A stretch of 64,000 nucleotides of DNA from Nitrospirales bacterium (GCA_965223295.1 CBDCWC010000003.1:1280001-1344000), one strand, 5' to 3'. Shown: positions 38,673 through 48,574, counted from the first letter of the stretch. The notes: generated from the sequence alone by a model not told the origin. Program-made: numbers and translations.

Positions 38673-40652
38673 TCACTCTGCTAAAGGTGACAGCGTCTTA
38701 TCAAGGACATGCCGGACAATGGGAGCCAGATCTCGAATCGCCAATGGTTTCATGAGATAGGCTTGGATTCCCAAGTCTTTGGCCTTTTCCGCAGTCATGA
38801 TATGACTAAATCCTGTACAGAGAATGATGGGAAGTTCTGGGCGAATTCGTAACAGTTCTCGAGACAACGCTTCTCCTGTCAACCCAGGCATTGTCTGATC
38901 GGTGATCACTAAATCAAAGCGTTCGGGATTTTTCCGGAACACATTTAAGGCTTCATGAGAATTCGTGTGGATCTCGACAGTGTAGCCCAACTGTGACAAT
39001 AGTTCTTTCCCAAGATACACAATGGTTTCTTCATCATCGACGAATAAGATCGTTTCCTTGCCCAGAGGCATAGGACCCTGGTCTTCTGACGCATCCCATG
39101 CGGGAGAAGGAATAGTGGGAAGATAGACGTCAATTTTCGTGCCTTTGCCGACAACGCTGTCGACTAATAAGGCTCCCCCGTGATTTGTGACGATGCCATG
39201 AACCACAGCCAACCCCATTCCCGATCCTTCACCAATCGGCTTGGTTGTAAAGAATGGGTCAAACATTCGTTCAAGCACATCAGGCGGCATGCCGGTTCCC
39301 GAATCTTCAATGGTGAGTCGAACATGAGGACCTGCTTGGAGTCCAGATACCGCTCGTACTTTCTCTTCCGTCACGTCACAATCTTCCAACCTGATCTCCA
39401 AACGCCCTCCGGTTTCTCGCATGGCATATTCGGCATTTGTCCCAAGGTTCACTACAACCTGATGCAGTTGGGTGGAGTCAGCCAGCACGGATGCTTCCGT
39501 CGTGAGAGTTTGGTGAAACTCAATAGTGGAAGGAATACTCGCGCGTAACAACTTTAATGCTTCTTGAATTACCATATGAATGGGTGTAGGTGTTTTCCCC
39601 TGACCAGATTGGCGACTAAACGCTAAAATTTGCAGGACTAAATGTTTGGCCCGATGCCCGGCCGTTAACACTTCTTGTAGGTTGCGTTGTGTCCGACTGC
39701 CTTTTGGGACAGACGCCAACCCTAGCTCGGTATATCCCAGCACCGCTGTTAAAATATTATTGAAATCGTGGGCGATGCCACCTGCCAGCGTTCCAATGGC
39801 TTCCATTCGGCTTGACTGACGGAATTGGCGTTCGGTTTTGATCAACGTTTCCTCTGCTCGCTTTTGCTCAGTCATATCTTCGGCAATCCCAACCATACGA
39901 ATGACGTCGCCAGAGGAATTCATAATCGGAAATGTCCGGGCCCGAATCCATCGAACAGCATGATCGGGTCTCATGATCCGAAATTCAATATGAAACCCTG
40001 TGATTTCTCCTTCTGCCACGCATTTCAGCACATGTTCCTGATCCTGAGGATGCACAGCATCCCAGAGGTGAAAAGAATGATCCAACAAATGGGCGACGCT
40101 TCTTCCCCACACCGCTTCATAACGGGGACTCATAAACAACACTTGGGAGTGGTCAGGTAAGGCAACCCAAAACACCTCTTGAATATGCTCAACCAATTGG
40201 CGAAAGTATGCCTGTTGTTCTTCCAGAGCCGTTGTTCGCGTCGTCAAGGTAGCTTGCATGGCGTCCATCTGTTGCCGGACAGAGGCAAGGAATTCTCGTT
40301 GCACGTAGTTCAAGACCGTGGCAGCGTCAGTCTTCTCCAAACAGGTGATTGCAGCTTTCTGAAGGTTTGGTTTCTCAGCTAATAAAGACTGAACTCGGGT
40401 ATTGATCACCACCCGGACTTTGTCGTTGCGATTGAGCAGGAGTTCTAACAATTCCACACCTGTCTCATGAGGAGACTCGACATTCAAGACTGCGACGGCA
40501 GATGGTTCACGCTGCGCCGCTTGCACCGCTTCAGCAATGGTGGACCATCCCACGACATCATGCCCCTGATCACCCAACGTCTCAATGAGAACGTCAAGTT
40601 GGCCTGGATGATCGTCCACAAGAAAAATTCGGGACCATGTTTGTTGCCTCAT
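38673..40652 (-). CDS. Hybrid histidine kinase (degenerate REC-PAS-HisKA-HATPase-REC)
   Basis: LAGGIAHDFNNIL H-box, FDPFFTTK and GSGMGL motifs; intact C-terminal REC (ITDQTMP); N-terminal REC has AVLNV. Confidence 0.93.
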   Translation of the reverse strand: MRQQTWSRIFLVDDHPGQLDVLIETLGDQGHDVVGWSTIAEAVQAAQREPSAVAVLNVESPHETGVELLELLLNRNDKVRVVINTRVQSLLAEKPNLQKAAITCLEKTDAATVLNYVQREFLASVRQQMDAMQATLTTRTTALEEQQAYFRQLVEHIQEVFWVALPDHSQVLFMSPRYEAVWGRSVAHLLDHSFHLWDAVHPQDQEHVLKCVAEGEITGFHIEFRIMRPDHAVRWIRARTFPIMNSSGDVIRMVGIAEDMTEQKRAEETLIKTERQFRQSSRMEAIGTLAGGIAHDFNNILTAVLGYTELGLASVPKGSRTQRNLQEVLTAGHRAKHLVLQILAFSRQSGQGKTPTPIHMVIQEALKLLRASIPSTIEFHQTLTTEASVLADSTQLHQVVVNLGTNAEYAMRETGGRLEIRLEDCDVTEEKVRAVSGLQAGPHVRLTIEDSGTGMPPDVLERMFDPFFTTKPIGEGSGMGLAVVHGIVTNHGGALLVDSVVGKGTKIDVYLPTIPSPAWDASEDQGPMPLGKETILFVDDEETIVYLGKELLSQLGYTVEIHTNSHEALNVFRKNPERFDLVITDQTMPGLTGEALSRELLRIRPELPIILCTGFSHIMTAEKAKDLGIQAYLMKPLAIRDLAPIVRHVLDKTLSPLAE

Positions 40653-40693
40653 CGTTAATCCTCCCGATTAACCATGGTTGTTAACCCTGCCTA

Positions 40694-41449
40694 CTATGAA
40701 TGATCGACACTTGTTGGTAATGCCGACATAATCTCGTCTTGAATCCGTTGCGCCGCTTCTCTGCGATTGCTTGCATCACGTATGGGTCGACCCACAACGA
40801 GATAGTCGGCGCCAGCTTGAATGGCTTCAAAAGGGGTCAAAGACCGTTGGTGCTCATGAGTATCCTGCCCAATAGGGCGTACACCCGGCGAAACAATAAT
40901 CACCTTTTTGCCGAATCGATCCCGGAACGCTTTCACATATTTTCCCGAAGCAATGAGTCCATCACAACCTTGAGCCATGGCCATTTCAGCACGCCACATC
41001 ACATAGTCATCAAGCGTGGCAAAACGGGCTCCATCACCGTTCTTAATACGCAATAACCCAAGTTCTTGCAGGTCTTGTTCTCCCCAGCTTGATAGAAGGG
41101 GAACGGTCAATATTTTCAGCGGAGCATCTTCTCGTCCCAGAACCGCAGCTTTGGCGGTGGCATGGTTGCCGAGAATTGTCAAAAAATCGGCTCCTAAGTC
41201 TGCGGCTAAATGAACGGCTCGACGAACGGTTTCATCAATATCATTCATCTTGAGATCTAAAAATATCCGGCATTGCCGCATCCGGATCTCTTCCAGAAAT
41301 GTTTGGTTGACTGCTAAAAATAATTCCAACCCAATCTTATAAAAGCGGACCACTCCTTCAAGATCATCAAGATAGGCCCGAGCTTCTTGGACTGAGGGAA
41401 CATCCAGGGCCACAATCAGCCGATGGTCTAAGGGTATGGAAGAATTCAT
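40694..41449 (-). CDS. pyrF: Orotidine-5'-phosphate decarboxylase
   Basis: LIVALD, YKIGLE, DLKMNDI (DxKxxD), SPGVR and VVGRPI motifs. Confidence 0.9.
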   Translation of the reverse strand: MNSSIPLDHRLIVALDVPSVQEARAYLDDLEGVVRFYKIGLELFLAVNQTFLEEIRMRQCRIFLDLKMNDIDETVRRAVHLAADLGADFLTILGNHATAKAAVLGREDAPLKILTVPLLSSWGEQDLQELGLLRIKNGDGARFATLDDYVMWRAEMAMAQGCDGLIASGKYVKAFRDRFGKKVIIVSPGVRPIGQDTHEHQRSLTPFEAIQAGADYLVVGRPIRDASNRREAAQRIQDEIMSALPTSVDHS

Positions 41450-41715
41450 CTTGTTACCGGTGACACGCCGATTGTCACCACCTGCGACATCTCATGTTGA
41501 AGAGGTAATTGACATGGCCACATCAATCTATTAGGGCTGAAAATGGGACCAGCCTGCCATAATCATCCTATTAAGACAAGGGTTACACTTCAGACAAATT
41601 GAATGGACACTTTTCAATTGAGGGAAATTTCGCCAAATTCAAGGAAAAATCAGTGCGTCGGGAGCAACAGTCATAGTCCAGAGGATAGTGCAAAAAGAGA
41701 CCCATGTGAATAATA

Positions 41716-41992
41716 GGGACCTATGAAACAGAAGCTATTCCCTATTGAGGGTGTTGAATCATGATGATATCAAGAGTCATATTTCGTTCAGAAGCTGAGA
41801 GCGATCAAAGGGTTCGGGGTGGTTCAAAAAAGTCTGTCCAGTCCTGCCCTGAGCTTGTCGAAGGGAAGGCCGCAGCCATTGTTGCGCGCGGAGCGTACTG
41901 GCATTACGTGAGCATGGAACAATGGCGAGAACGCCGCTGGCGGCTTTTTTCAACAGACCCCTCAGAAAAATCATCAGTTTTTAGAGGTGCCC
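41716..41992. mobile_element. Nested structure: MITE-B remnant enclosing a MITE-A copy (41747-41960) that contains a 23 bp palindromic insert
   Basis: Right end CAGTTTTTAGAGGTGCCC identical to the family B TIR; degenerate left end GGGACCTATGAAACAG; internal GAGGGTGTTGAA...TTCAACAGACCC. Confidence 0.75.
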
Positions 41993-42294
41993 ATATGCTA
42001 ATCAGATAGACGAATATTTCATGAGAAAATCTGTGAAATAAGAGAGCTAGCCATCTTTAGCCGTCTCCTTCCTTCTGAATTTTTACTGGATGCTTTTTTT
42101 CTTACAGGAAAAGTCAAAGGATAAAGGATCAACACCTCCCAGCCTTTTTGGGAGTCGAATTGTTGTCCAAAGAATTTTTCTCAATATTCTGCATTTCCTG
42201 GAAAAAGGCAGGGGCCGAGTAGGAAACGCGAAGTTCCCAGCTAAGCTTAATCCTGGGATCAAAGGAACCGAAATAATGATGATGGGAAGTCGTG

Positions 42295-42321
42295 TCAGAA
42301 CCACTCTCTTTTTGCCGACAA
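42295..42321 (+). promoter_or_regulatory. Candidate sigma-28 (FliA-type) promoter
   Basis: TCAG-N15-GCCGACAA, ending 57 bp before the HD-GYP ATG; both boxes are imperfect matches to TAAA-N15-GCCGATAA. Confidence 0.4.
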
Positions 42322-42378
42322 GTCGTCTGTGCGAGATCCTAGTCTAGGAAATCCGGCTGAGAAACCTGAGGTATTCGT

Positions 42379-43782
42379 ATGTCATTGGTGGAAGTTGAAA
42401 ATGTCAAACTTCTCCAAATTGGCGAGTTTGTGAAATTAGAAGGCTCTTGGTTCAGTCACCCCTTTCCTACCAATTCTTTTATCATTAAATCCTCCGAAGA
42501 TCTGGCAACCATCCAAGGTCTCACCAATGTCAGGATTCTCCATGATCCCGAACAGTTAGAGTCTCCTGAGTCTGAAGGCACCACAAGTCATCCCTCTAGC
42601 GTCTTGTCAGCGTCGCCAGAGTCCTTGGCCCATGATTTCTCTGAGGCATTTTCTGCCAGAGAGAAGGACGAGGGTAAAGAAGAGACTCTGATCCCGGGGT
42701 CAGCGTTGTCAGAAATTTTGGAGCGGCGAGAGGATTATCGTGAGTATTTTGACTGTATGCGCAAGGTGGAGAGGAACTATCAGAAAACCTTGTATCAAGG
42801 GCACGAGCTGTTTCGACAGCTCACCGGGCGTCGGCCGGCTGGTCTGAAAACCGGTGATGCCATGATTGTAAATATTTTACAAGATGCGAATAATCCAAAG
42901 ACCGTCATGTCTCTCATCGACCAAACCGGGAACAATGGGGTGGCTTGGGGCCTTTCGGAACATGCCGTCAATGTCTGTACGTTGTCCCTCCTGATTGGGC
43001 GACAGTTTTCTCTTGATGAGGAAATGTTAATGGAGCTGGGGCGAGGAGCGTTGTTTCATGATATTGGTTATCGAGCGTTACCGATGAACGTCAAGTTTTA
43101 TGCGGGAGGTATGAAAGTCGAGGCCGATCCAGAACTTCGGATCTTACATGCGGAGATGGGGAGTCAACTCGTGGACTCTTTTCTGAATGCTGGCCCTATG
43201 TTACTAGAAATTATTACTCATCATCATGAGCGCCTGGATGGATCAGGGTTCCCAAAGGGTCTTCGCAAAGAAGACCTTTCATTGCTCACAAAAATCGTCA
43301 TGGTGGCAGATCATTTTGATGAACTCTGTAATGCGCCTGATCCTGAGAACAGCTTGAATCCCCATGCTGCGTTGTCGCGTCTTTACCGTCATGTGGTGAT
43401 GAAGGGGGAATCTTCGAAATTTTGTGGGCAGGTGGTTCAAGCGTTAGTTCAAGCTATCGGAGTCTATCCCCCAGGGAGTTTAGTGGAACTTACGGATGGG
43501 TTTATCGGAGTTGTGTCTTCGATCAATGTGCATCATCCTACCAAACCGATTGTGTTGCTTTATACGCCGTGGCTTTGTCGCAACGATGGCTTGCTCGTCA
43601 ATTTAGCCACTGAGTCGTGTGTGGACATCAAGCAAGCTGTTCATGCGAAAGATATTCCTGGATCGGCATTAGCCTATCTGAGTCCCCGTCGTGCCGCCAT
43701 GTGTATACATTCGATGGGATTCACCTCAATCGCCATCAATCGGCGCCCCACCCGAGACCTTAAGCCTGCCCTAAAGCACTAG
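42379..43782 (+). CDS. HD-GYP domain protein (N-terminal DUF3391-like)
   Basis: LQIGEFV...W.SHPF N-terminus; LFHDIG, HHERLDGSGFP and GVYPPGSLVEL motifs. Confidence 0.9.
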   Translation: MSLVEVENVKLLQIGEFVKLEGSWFSHPFPTNSFIIKSSEDLATIQGLTNVRILHDPEQLESPESEGTTSHPSSVLSASPESLAHDFSEAFSAREKDEGKEETLIPGSALSEILERREDYREYFDCMRKVERNYQKTLYQGHELFRQLTGRRPAGLKTGDAMIVNILQDANNPKTVMSLIDQTGNNGVAWGLSEHAVNVCTLSLLIGRQFSLDEEMLMELGRGALFHDIGYRALPMNVKFYAGGMKVEADPELRILHAEMGSQLVDSFLNAGPMLLEIITHHHERLDGSGFPKGLRKEDLSLLTKIVMVADHFDELCNAPDPENSLNPHAALSRLYRHVVMKGESSKFCGQVVQALVQAIGVYPPGSLVELTDGFIGVVSSINVHHPTKPIVLLYTPWLCRNDGLLVNLATESCVDIKQAVHAKDIPGSALAYLSPRRAAMCIHSMGFTSIAINRRPTRDLKPALKH

Positions 43783-43797
43783 CGAATTTGCATCGCA

Positions 43798-44028
43798 GGG
43801 TCTGTTGAAAACAGTCGCCGCCTACTCCGCCGGAATCACACATTAGGTGACGAAGGCTGAAAGGGGCTTTGCGTTTATGCGCAGGAGCGCTTCACCGCGC
43901 AAGCGTTCAGGCGAACGGACCCTTCGACTGACTCAGGGCATGCTTTGTTGAACCGACCCGACGCTTCTAATCATCCAAGCCTTCCTGATGAAATATGACC
44001 TTTGATATCTTCATTATTCAACACTCCT
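43798..44028 (-). mobile_element. MITE family A, diverged copy with internal insertions
   Basis: GGGTCTGTTGAA...TTCAACACTCCT; shares the arm GAAATATG.C.TTTGATATCTTCATTATTCAAC; inserts at ~43821-43861 and 43921-43943. Confidence 0.75.
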
Positions 44029-44134
44029 TAGCGAGAAATGAGCCCATCATGTCTTCTCCAGCCTAGGCTTCAAAAAACACTATTTTATGGTCTCACAACC
44101 TGTAGAATTGTGTTCAGGTAAGGTTCGGTCAGAG

Positions 44135-44728
44135 CTAGGAAGTCGATTTTATTGTTTTGGTGAACTCTGAGAATCCTTGGAGTAAGAATGGCAAGGCTGC
44201 AAATACAGCAGGTAAAGCGGCTCGCAACTCTTCTTGAGTCAGAATAAGGGTTCCCGCGACGATGGTGAAACCAAGCCCCACAGGAATCTTCATAGAGTCC
44301 CACACACTCTCTCCTTGTGTGGCCTCTTGATGTGCCAACCTGTCTCTATCCCCCGCTTCCAGCACGAATGCTCGAAAACTGGTGTTTAGTAGGCACAAAT
44401 CAGGATCAAACCGGATCAGTCCTTTTCGAAACAGAGGATCTAGGCCAGGGTGTTCGACATGAATAAACCGGTCTCTGGCTAGACGATAGAGCGCTAATTG
44501 TTCATCCAGCGTTAATGTCTCCCAAATTTTCTCGTAGTATGGCTTGGCAAGCTGCAAGTTTGTTATTTCCTTGGGTGTAGAGTGGTGGAAATCAACAATC
44601 TCAAAATTTCCCCAAAGAGAACGCCAGCGAGCCCGAAGAAGAGTGTTGAGCGAGTCGTCCTTCTGAAAAGAAAATGATTCAGAAAACGGATTAACATCGG
44701 AAATAATGGTTGCGTATACTCGGGCCAT
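44135..44728 (-). CDS. Likely C-terminal part (winged-helix-like region plus 2 TM) of the upstream receptor-like gene
   Basis: Same frame as the 1277-aa ORF, 12 bp after its TAA; YYEKIW..L..DEQLALY.LA...L.RKGLI...N.SFRAFV pattern. Confidence 0.65.
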   Translation of the reverse strand: MARVYATIISDVNPFSESFSFQKDDSLNTLLRARWRSLWGNFEIVDFHHSTPKEITNLQLAKPYYEKIWETLTLDEQLALYRLARDRFIHVEHPGLDPLFRKGLIRFDPDLCLLNTSFRAFVLEAGDRDRLAHQEATQGESVWDSMKIPVGLGFTIVAGTLILTQEELRAALPAVFAALPFLLQGFSEFTKTIKSTS

Positions 44729-44740
44729 TGTGAAGATTCC

Positions 44741-47700
44741 TTATGATTTCTCTTGAGAAACGATTTTGGTAAGAATTTGAATTGCTAAATCACCAAGTTT
44801 TGAATTCTGGGAACTCTCACTAGAATCTTTATCTGGCGATGATTTCGAAATACCTTTTTTATGGTTAGCCCGATTGAGAAGCCATTCCATTAATTCTAGT
44901 TTTTTGAGATTAATAGGGGGGTTTTTCCATTGATGCTCAAGATGGTCAATGGTCACGTGAAAATCTTGATCGTCTTCAATTTTTAGATCGGAGATTTGTT
45001 TGGAAAGCTCTTCTTTCCATTTTTCTGATGGGAAGGCGTTCAAATCGAAATAGGGGGAAGCCGTTTGGGGATTCCCCTCGTGTACTCTAGGGGACTGTTT
45101 AGTCTTATTCGTTGGTTCAGCCGGTGCTTCCGTTTCCTCCGCGTGTGGCTGATTGTGTTCTTCATAATTCTCCAGCGCCAAAGAAGTTTTACCTTGACCA
45201 GGAAATCCTAGGACAAAGCGATTGTGCTTCATTTTTTTGGCTGTACCTGCGAACAGTGACGGAGGCATAAAAGGTGTCGGGGTATTGTACGATAAAAACA
45301 GGACTCGATCGGCAATGAATTTGGGTATCCGATATAGATAGAAATAGAGTCCTACAATGAACAGAACACCCCAGATAACATAGGCCACAATGGTTTCATC
45401 TGAAGAATTCTTAAAAGTAGGAAGGGCTGGCTTGAAAAACCAGGGAGTGAATAGAAAGTCGGCGGAAATCGAAAGAAAAGATGTTGAGTTGGAGTTTTTG
45501 CCTCGTTCAATGGAATACTTCAGAGTGACCTTTTGGCTGTCTAATTGCCAGAGGAGGGGTGAGGGAGAAGTTTCTTGGTTCTTTTGGACGTCTGACTGCC
45601 AGGGAAAGGGTGAATCGGGAGTGTCTTGTTCTATGGTTGAATGGCCTGGCCAAGTATCAGCCGTAAACCCCAAGAGCGAAGCATGTTTAAGGAGTGGGAT
45701 AAACGGTTGACTCACCAAGCCAAAGGCTATTGCAAAGTTTGTTCGGTCTCTGCTTTTGCTAAGCTGTTCCTGCCAATCAGCTTTGGGTACTGAGTCACAG
45801 GACGCTGTTATTTTCGAATAAAATTTTGGATAGACTCCGCGAGGGAACTTGTCAGAGGATGGAGGGGATTTCCTATTGGAAAAACAACTATCGTTCAAAT
45901 TTTGTAACAGTGGTTTGTACCCTGGAGAATCATGAAATGTCTGAACAAGTTGGAGAAGCTGATATTGTGTGAATAACTTCATTTCTTGATTGAACATAGC
46001 AGCAAAGCATCCAAAGGCCGGAGCGACGCCAAGAATCAAAAGAAAAGAAGTGAGCATGAGCGAATAACTCTGAGGATATGGCCACTGAAAGAACCAATTT
46101 GCGCTCTTGCTCCTTTTCTCGTTTTCTTCTGACGAGTTTTTGGATTGTTGTGCTAAAAACCATCCCAATGAGCAAACAATCCAAAGAAATGGAACAAGCC
46201 ACGCTCCCATCAACTGCCATTCAGGATAGTCCCAAAACCCAATGATACAGGTCATTTGTAGGATAAACACCCCCACATTTGCGACACACAATTTTGCAAA
46301 AATAGGCCGCTTGGCCTTATCAGGCCACAACCATGGTGCGCGCTGTGCTTTTTGCCAGTGGAGAAAAATCCACAGGGCAACGTAGATTGAGAATGCCCAA
46401 AGGCTATAAAAAAATCCGGTAACGAGCAAGCCGACGAGATTCACTGATCGCAGCAGTTCCCTGTCTCGAAAAACCACTAGCGACCATGGAATCGGATCGA
46501 GTGGTAGGAGATAAAAACTGTGAGGCGTACCCCAATATGATCCTTCCGCATGTCCCGCCGTTTTCGCTAACAACAAATCCCGCAACATCGTATTGTGATC
46601 GGTCTCGACTATGAATGGTTCTCTGAGGTTACGCCAGTCGTCGGAATGGAACAACACCTGATGGTCGGCATTATCGATGACCGCGAACCCAATACCCGGA
46701 GGAAGAATAATGTGGTCCATGAGAGATCTAAATTTGAACTCCATAGCTGCAACCCATTTGTTCCCTTTAGGATCCTCGAGCTGACTTTTCATGGAAGCGA
46801 CAGCGGTGTTCAGGCCGGTCGTCCAGGAAATAATGGGTTGCAGAAAGAATGGGGAGAGGCCGGGTTCATTGGGGAATTGCCAAAGACGGTCGGGATTATC
46901 GATGACGTTTCGTACATAGTTCCGTTGATGCAACGAAAAATTTTGGGTCATGCCATGAACATGCTTCCTTTGAAATTTATCGCGAGCCCAATTAATCCGT
47001 AGTGAACCATCATGGTCCATCCAAAATGCATAGAGAAAATCTACATAGGAGTCTAGTTCTCCCACTCGATCAGGCTGCTTGAGGTTATCCAGATTAATAC
47101 TTTCTTCTAATAGAACAGGTCTCCGACCAACTTCAAGAGTTGCTGTTGATTGAGTTACTTTGGAGTCGTCATTCGAGTCAATGTCTTTGTCTGCAAGATT
47201 CTCAGTCGATGTTGTATTCAAAATTTCAGTGTAATCGTTTTTTACGTACTTATTGCTATCAAAAGCCGTTAACGTCTTTAACACTGATTTTAGTTCCCCA
47301 AACATTTCGTCCTTGATGGTTTGAGCTGATTCACGCATCCGTTCGTTGAGTTCACGTGTACCGTGAAAATAGACTGAGATATCCAAGATAAGAAATGTGA
47401 TAAACCCAGCACCAAGAAGTGCAGACAGGACCAACCCAAGAACATTAAACGATCGGAGCGGGTCTTTCGGTCCCATTGTTTTTAGGTGTGTGAGGGGAAC
47501 GGCCAATAGGAGAGCCAACAGAATACACATCATCACAAGTAGAAAGTTCGAAGAAATGGCGAAAGAGTTGTTTACGAACCTTTCTTGTTTGACTAATCCG
47601 ACTAGAATCCATTGCTGGCCAAATTTCGGTAGTTGGATGGGTCGAACGAATGCCTCAAAGTTTTGTCCAGGAATGGAAACGCTAAACTGTTTATCTTGTT

Positions 47701-48574
47701 TCGAGATTTCGGAGTTGCCCTTAGATTGTTCTTTGGAGATAAACAAGCTATCCCAAATAGTTACTTGGGCGGTATATTCCCTAAGTTCTTCAAAACTCTG
47801 TAAGATCATGGCGCTGGTGCCTACATGATAAATTAAGCTTTGCGAATTTTCTTTGTCCTTTTCTTGACTCTTGAAAAGCAGTATTTCATCGAAGATCTGA
47901 TTGTTCCAAAGCCGCCCTAAAAAGAGCGGTAAATTAATGGTGCTCGTGAACTCCATATTAGACTTAATATGTGTTAACTGAATTCTTGGTGGAAATTGCC
48001 TTTCGAGCATTTCCAGTCGTGTACGTTTGCCATGAGAAGCCTTTCCCAATTCTTTGACATCGACTTCTTCTAAGCCTTGGGCTTCGCAGAGTCGGTGGAA
48101 TTCTCGAAAAAGATGATATGCCTTGGGTGCTTTTTGAGGATCTTTGTGTCTTGTTGTGGGCTCAACCAATTCGTTCCGACAATTTAGTGAAAACTGAATA
48201 GGCCGAGAAAGTGGAATCTCTGATCCGCTAGTTGTGGTACTGGAAGTACGAACCCATCGTCCACGGGCCTCATCCGGTTTATAAGTAATATGGGAATGAT
48301 GGGTCCCCTGACCGAGATGGGCGATCACTTCTTCTAATGTTGTTTCCAGGACTCTTTCGTAACTCGCAATTTTCTGGCTAATATCGTTGCTCCACAGACT
48401 CAACAGGCGAAAATTTCGTTGAATTAAGTATTGTTCCTGTTCTTTCACTTGTATCCACCCCATGATGGCCAATAGTCCCAGAACGATCAGCACGATCAAT
48501 GTTGTTCGTGTCGGCGTTGCCAAGCGAACGGCTTGTTGAGAGAGAGTAGAGACTGTTGAGGAAGCTGAAGACAT
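44741..48574 (-). CDS. Large multi-pass membrane protein with two Cache-like extracytoplasmic domains and a cytoplasmic P-loop region
   Basis: TM, extracytoplasmic domain, 2 TM, dCache-like domain (PIISWTTG, GFAVID...VLFHSD), several TMs, then GFPGQGKT Walker A and VTIDH. Confidence 0.75.
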   Translation of the reverse strand: MSSASSTVSTLSQQAVRLATPTRTTLIVLIVLGLLAIMGWIQVKEQEQYLIQRNFRLLSLWSNDISQKIASYERVLETTLEEVIAHLGQGTHHSHITYKPDEARGRWVRTSSTTTSGSEIPLSRPIQFSLNCRNELVEPTTRHKDPQKAPKAYHLFREFHRLCEAQGLEEVDVKELGKASHGKRTRLEMLERQFPPRIQLTHIKSNMEFTSTINLPLFLGRLWNNQIFDEILLFKSQEKDKENSQSLIYHVGTSAMILQSFEELREYTAQVTIWDSLFISKEQSKGNSEISKQDKQFSVSIPGQNFEAFVRPIQLPKFGQQWILVGLVKQERFVNNSFAISSNFLLVMMCILLALLLAVPLTHLKTMGPKDPLRSFNVLGLVLSALLGAGFITFLILDISVYFHGTRELNERMRESAQTIKDEMFGELKSVLKTLTAFDSNKYVKNDYTEILNTTSTENLADKDIDSNDDSKVTQSTATLEVGRRPVLLEESINLDNLKQPDRVGELDSYVDFLYAFWMDHDGSLRINWARDKFQRKHVHGMTQNFSLHQRNYVRNVIDNPDRLWQFPNEPGLSPFFLQPIISWTTGLNTAVASMKSQLEDPKGNKWVAAMEFKFRSLMDHIILPPGIGFAVIDNADHQVLFHSDDWRNLREPFIVETDHNTMLRDLLLAKTAGHAEGSYWGTPHSFYLLPLDPIPWSLVVFRDRELLRSVNLVGLLVTGFFYSLWAFSIYVALWIFLHWQKAQRAPWLWPDKAKRPIFAKLCVANVGVFILQMTCIIGFWDYPEWQLMGAWLVPFLWIVCSLGWFLAQQSKNSSEENEKRSKSANWFFQWPYPQSYSLMLTSFLLILGVAPAFGCFAAMFNQEMKLFTQYQLLQLVQTFHDSPGYKPLLQNLNDSCFSNRKSPPSSDKFPRGVYPKFYSKITASCDSVPKADWQEQLSKSRDRTNFAIAFGLVSQPFIPLLKHASLLGFTADTWPGHSTIEQDTPDSPFPWQSDVQKNQETSPSPLLWQLDSQKVTLKYSIERGKNSNSTSFLSISADFLFTPWFFKPALPTFKNSSDETIVAYVIWGVLFIVGLYFYLYRIPKFIADRVLFLSYNTPTPFMPPSLFAGTAKKMKHNRFVLGFPGQGKTSLALENYEEHNQPHAEETEAPAEPTNKTKQSPRVHEGNPQTASPYFDLNAFPSEKWKEELSKQISDLKIEDDQDFHVTIDHLEHQWKNPPINLKKLELMEWLLNRANHKKGISKSSPDKDSSESSQNSKLGDLAIQILTKIVSQEKS

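Noticed and set aside
45390-47828. Plus-strand ORFs of 100-140 aa opposite the receptor gene, and similar antisense ORFs elsewhere
   Set aside because: They are shadow frames of well-supported genes, with no motifs or RBS
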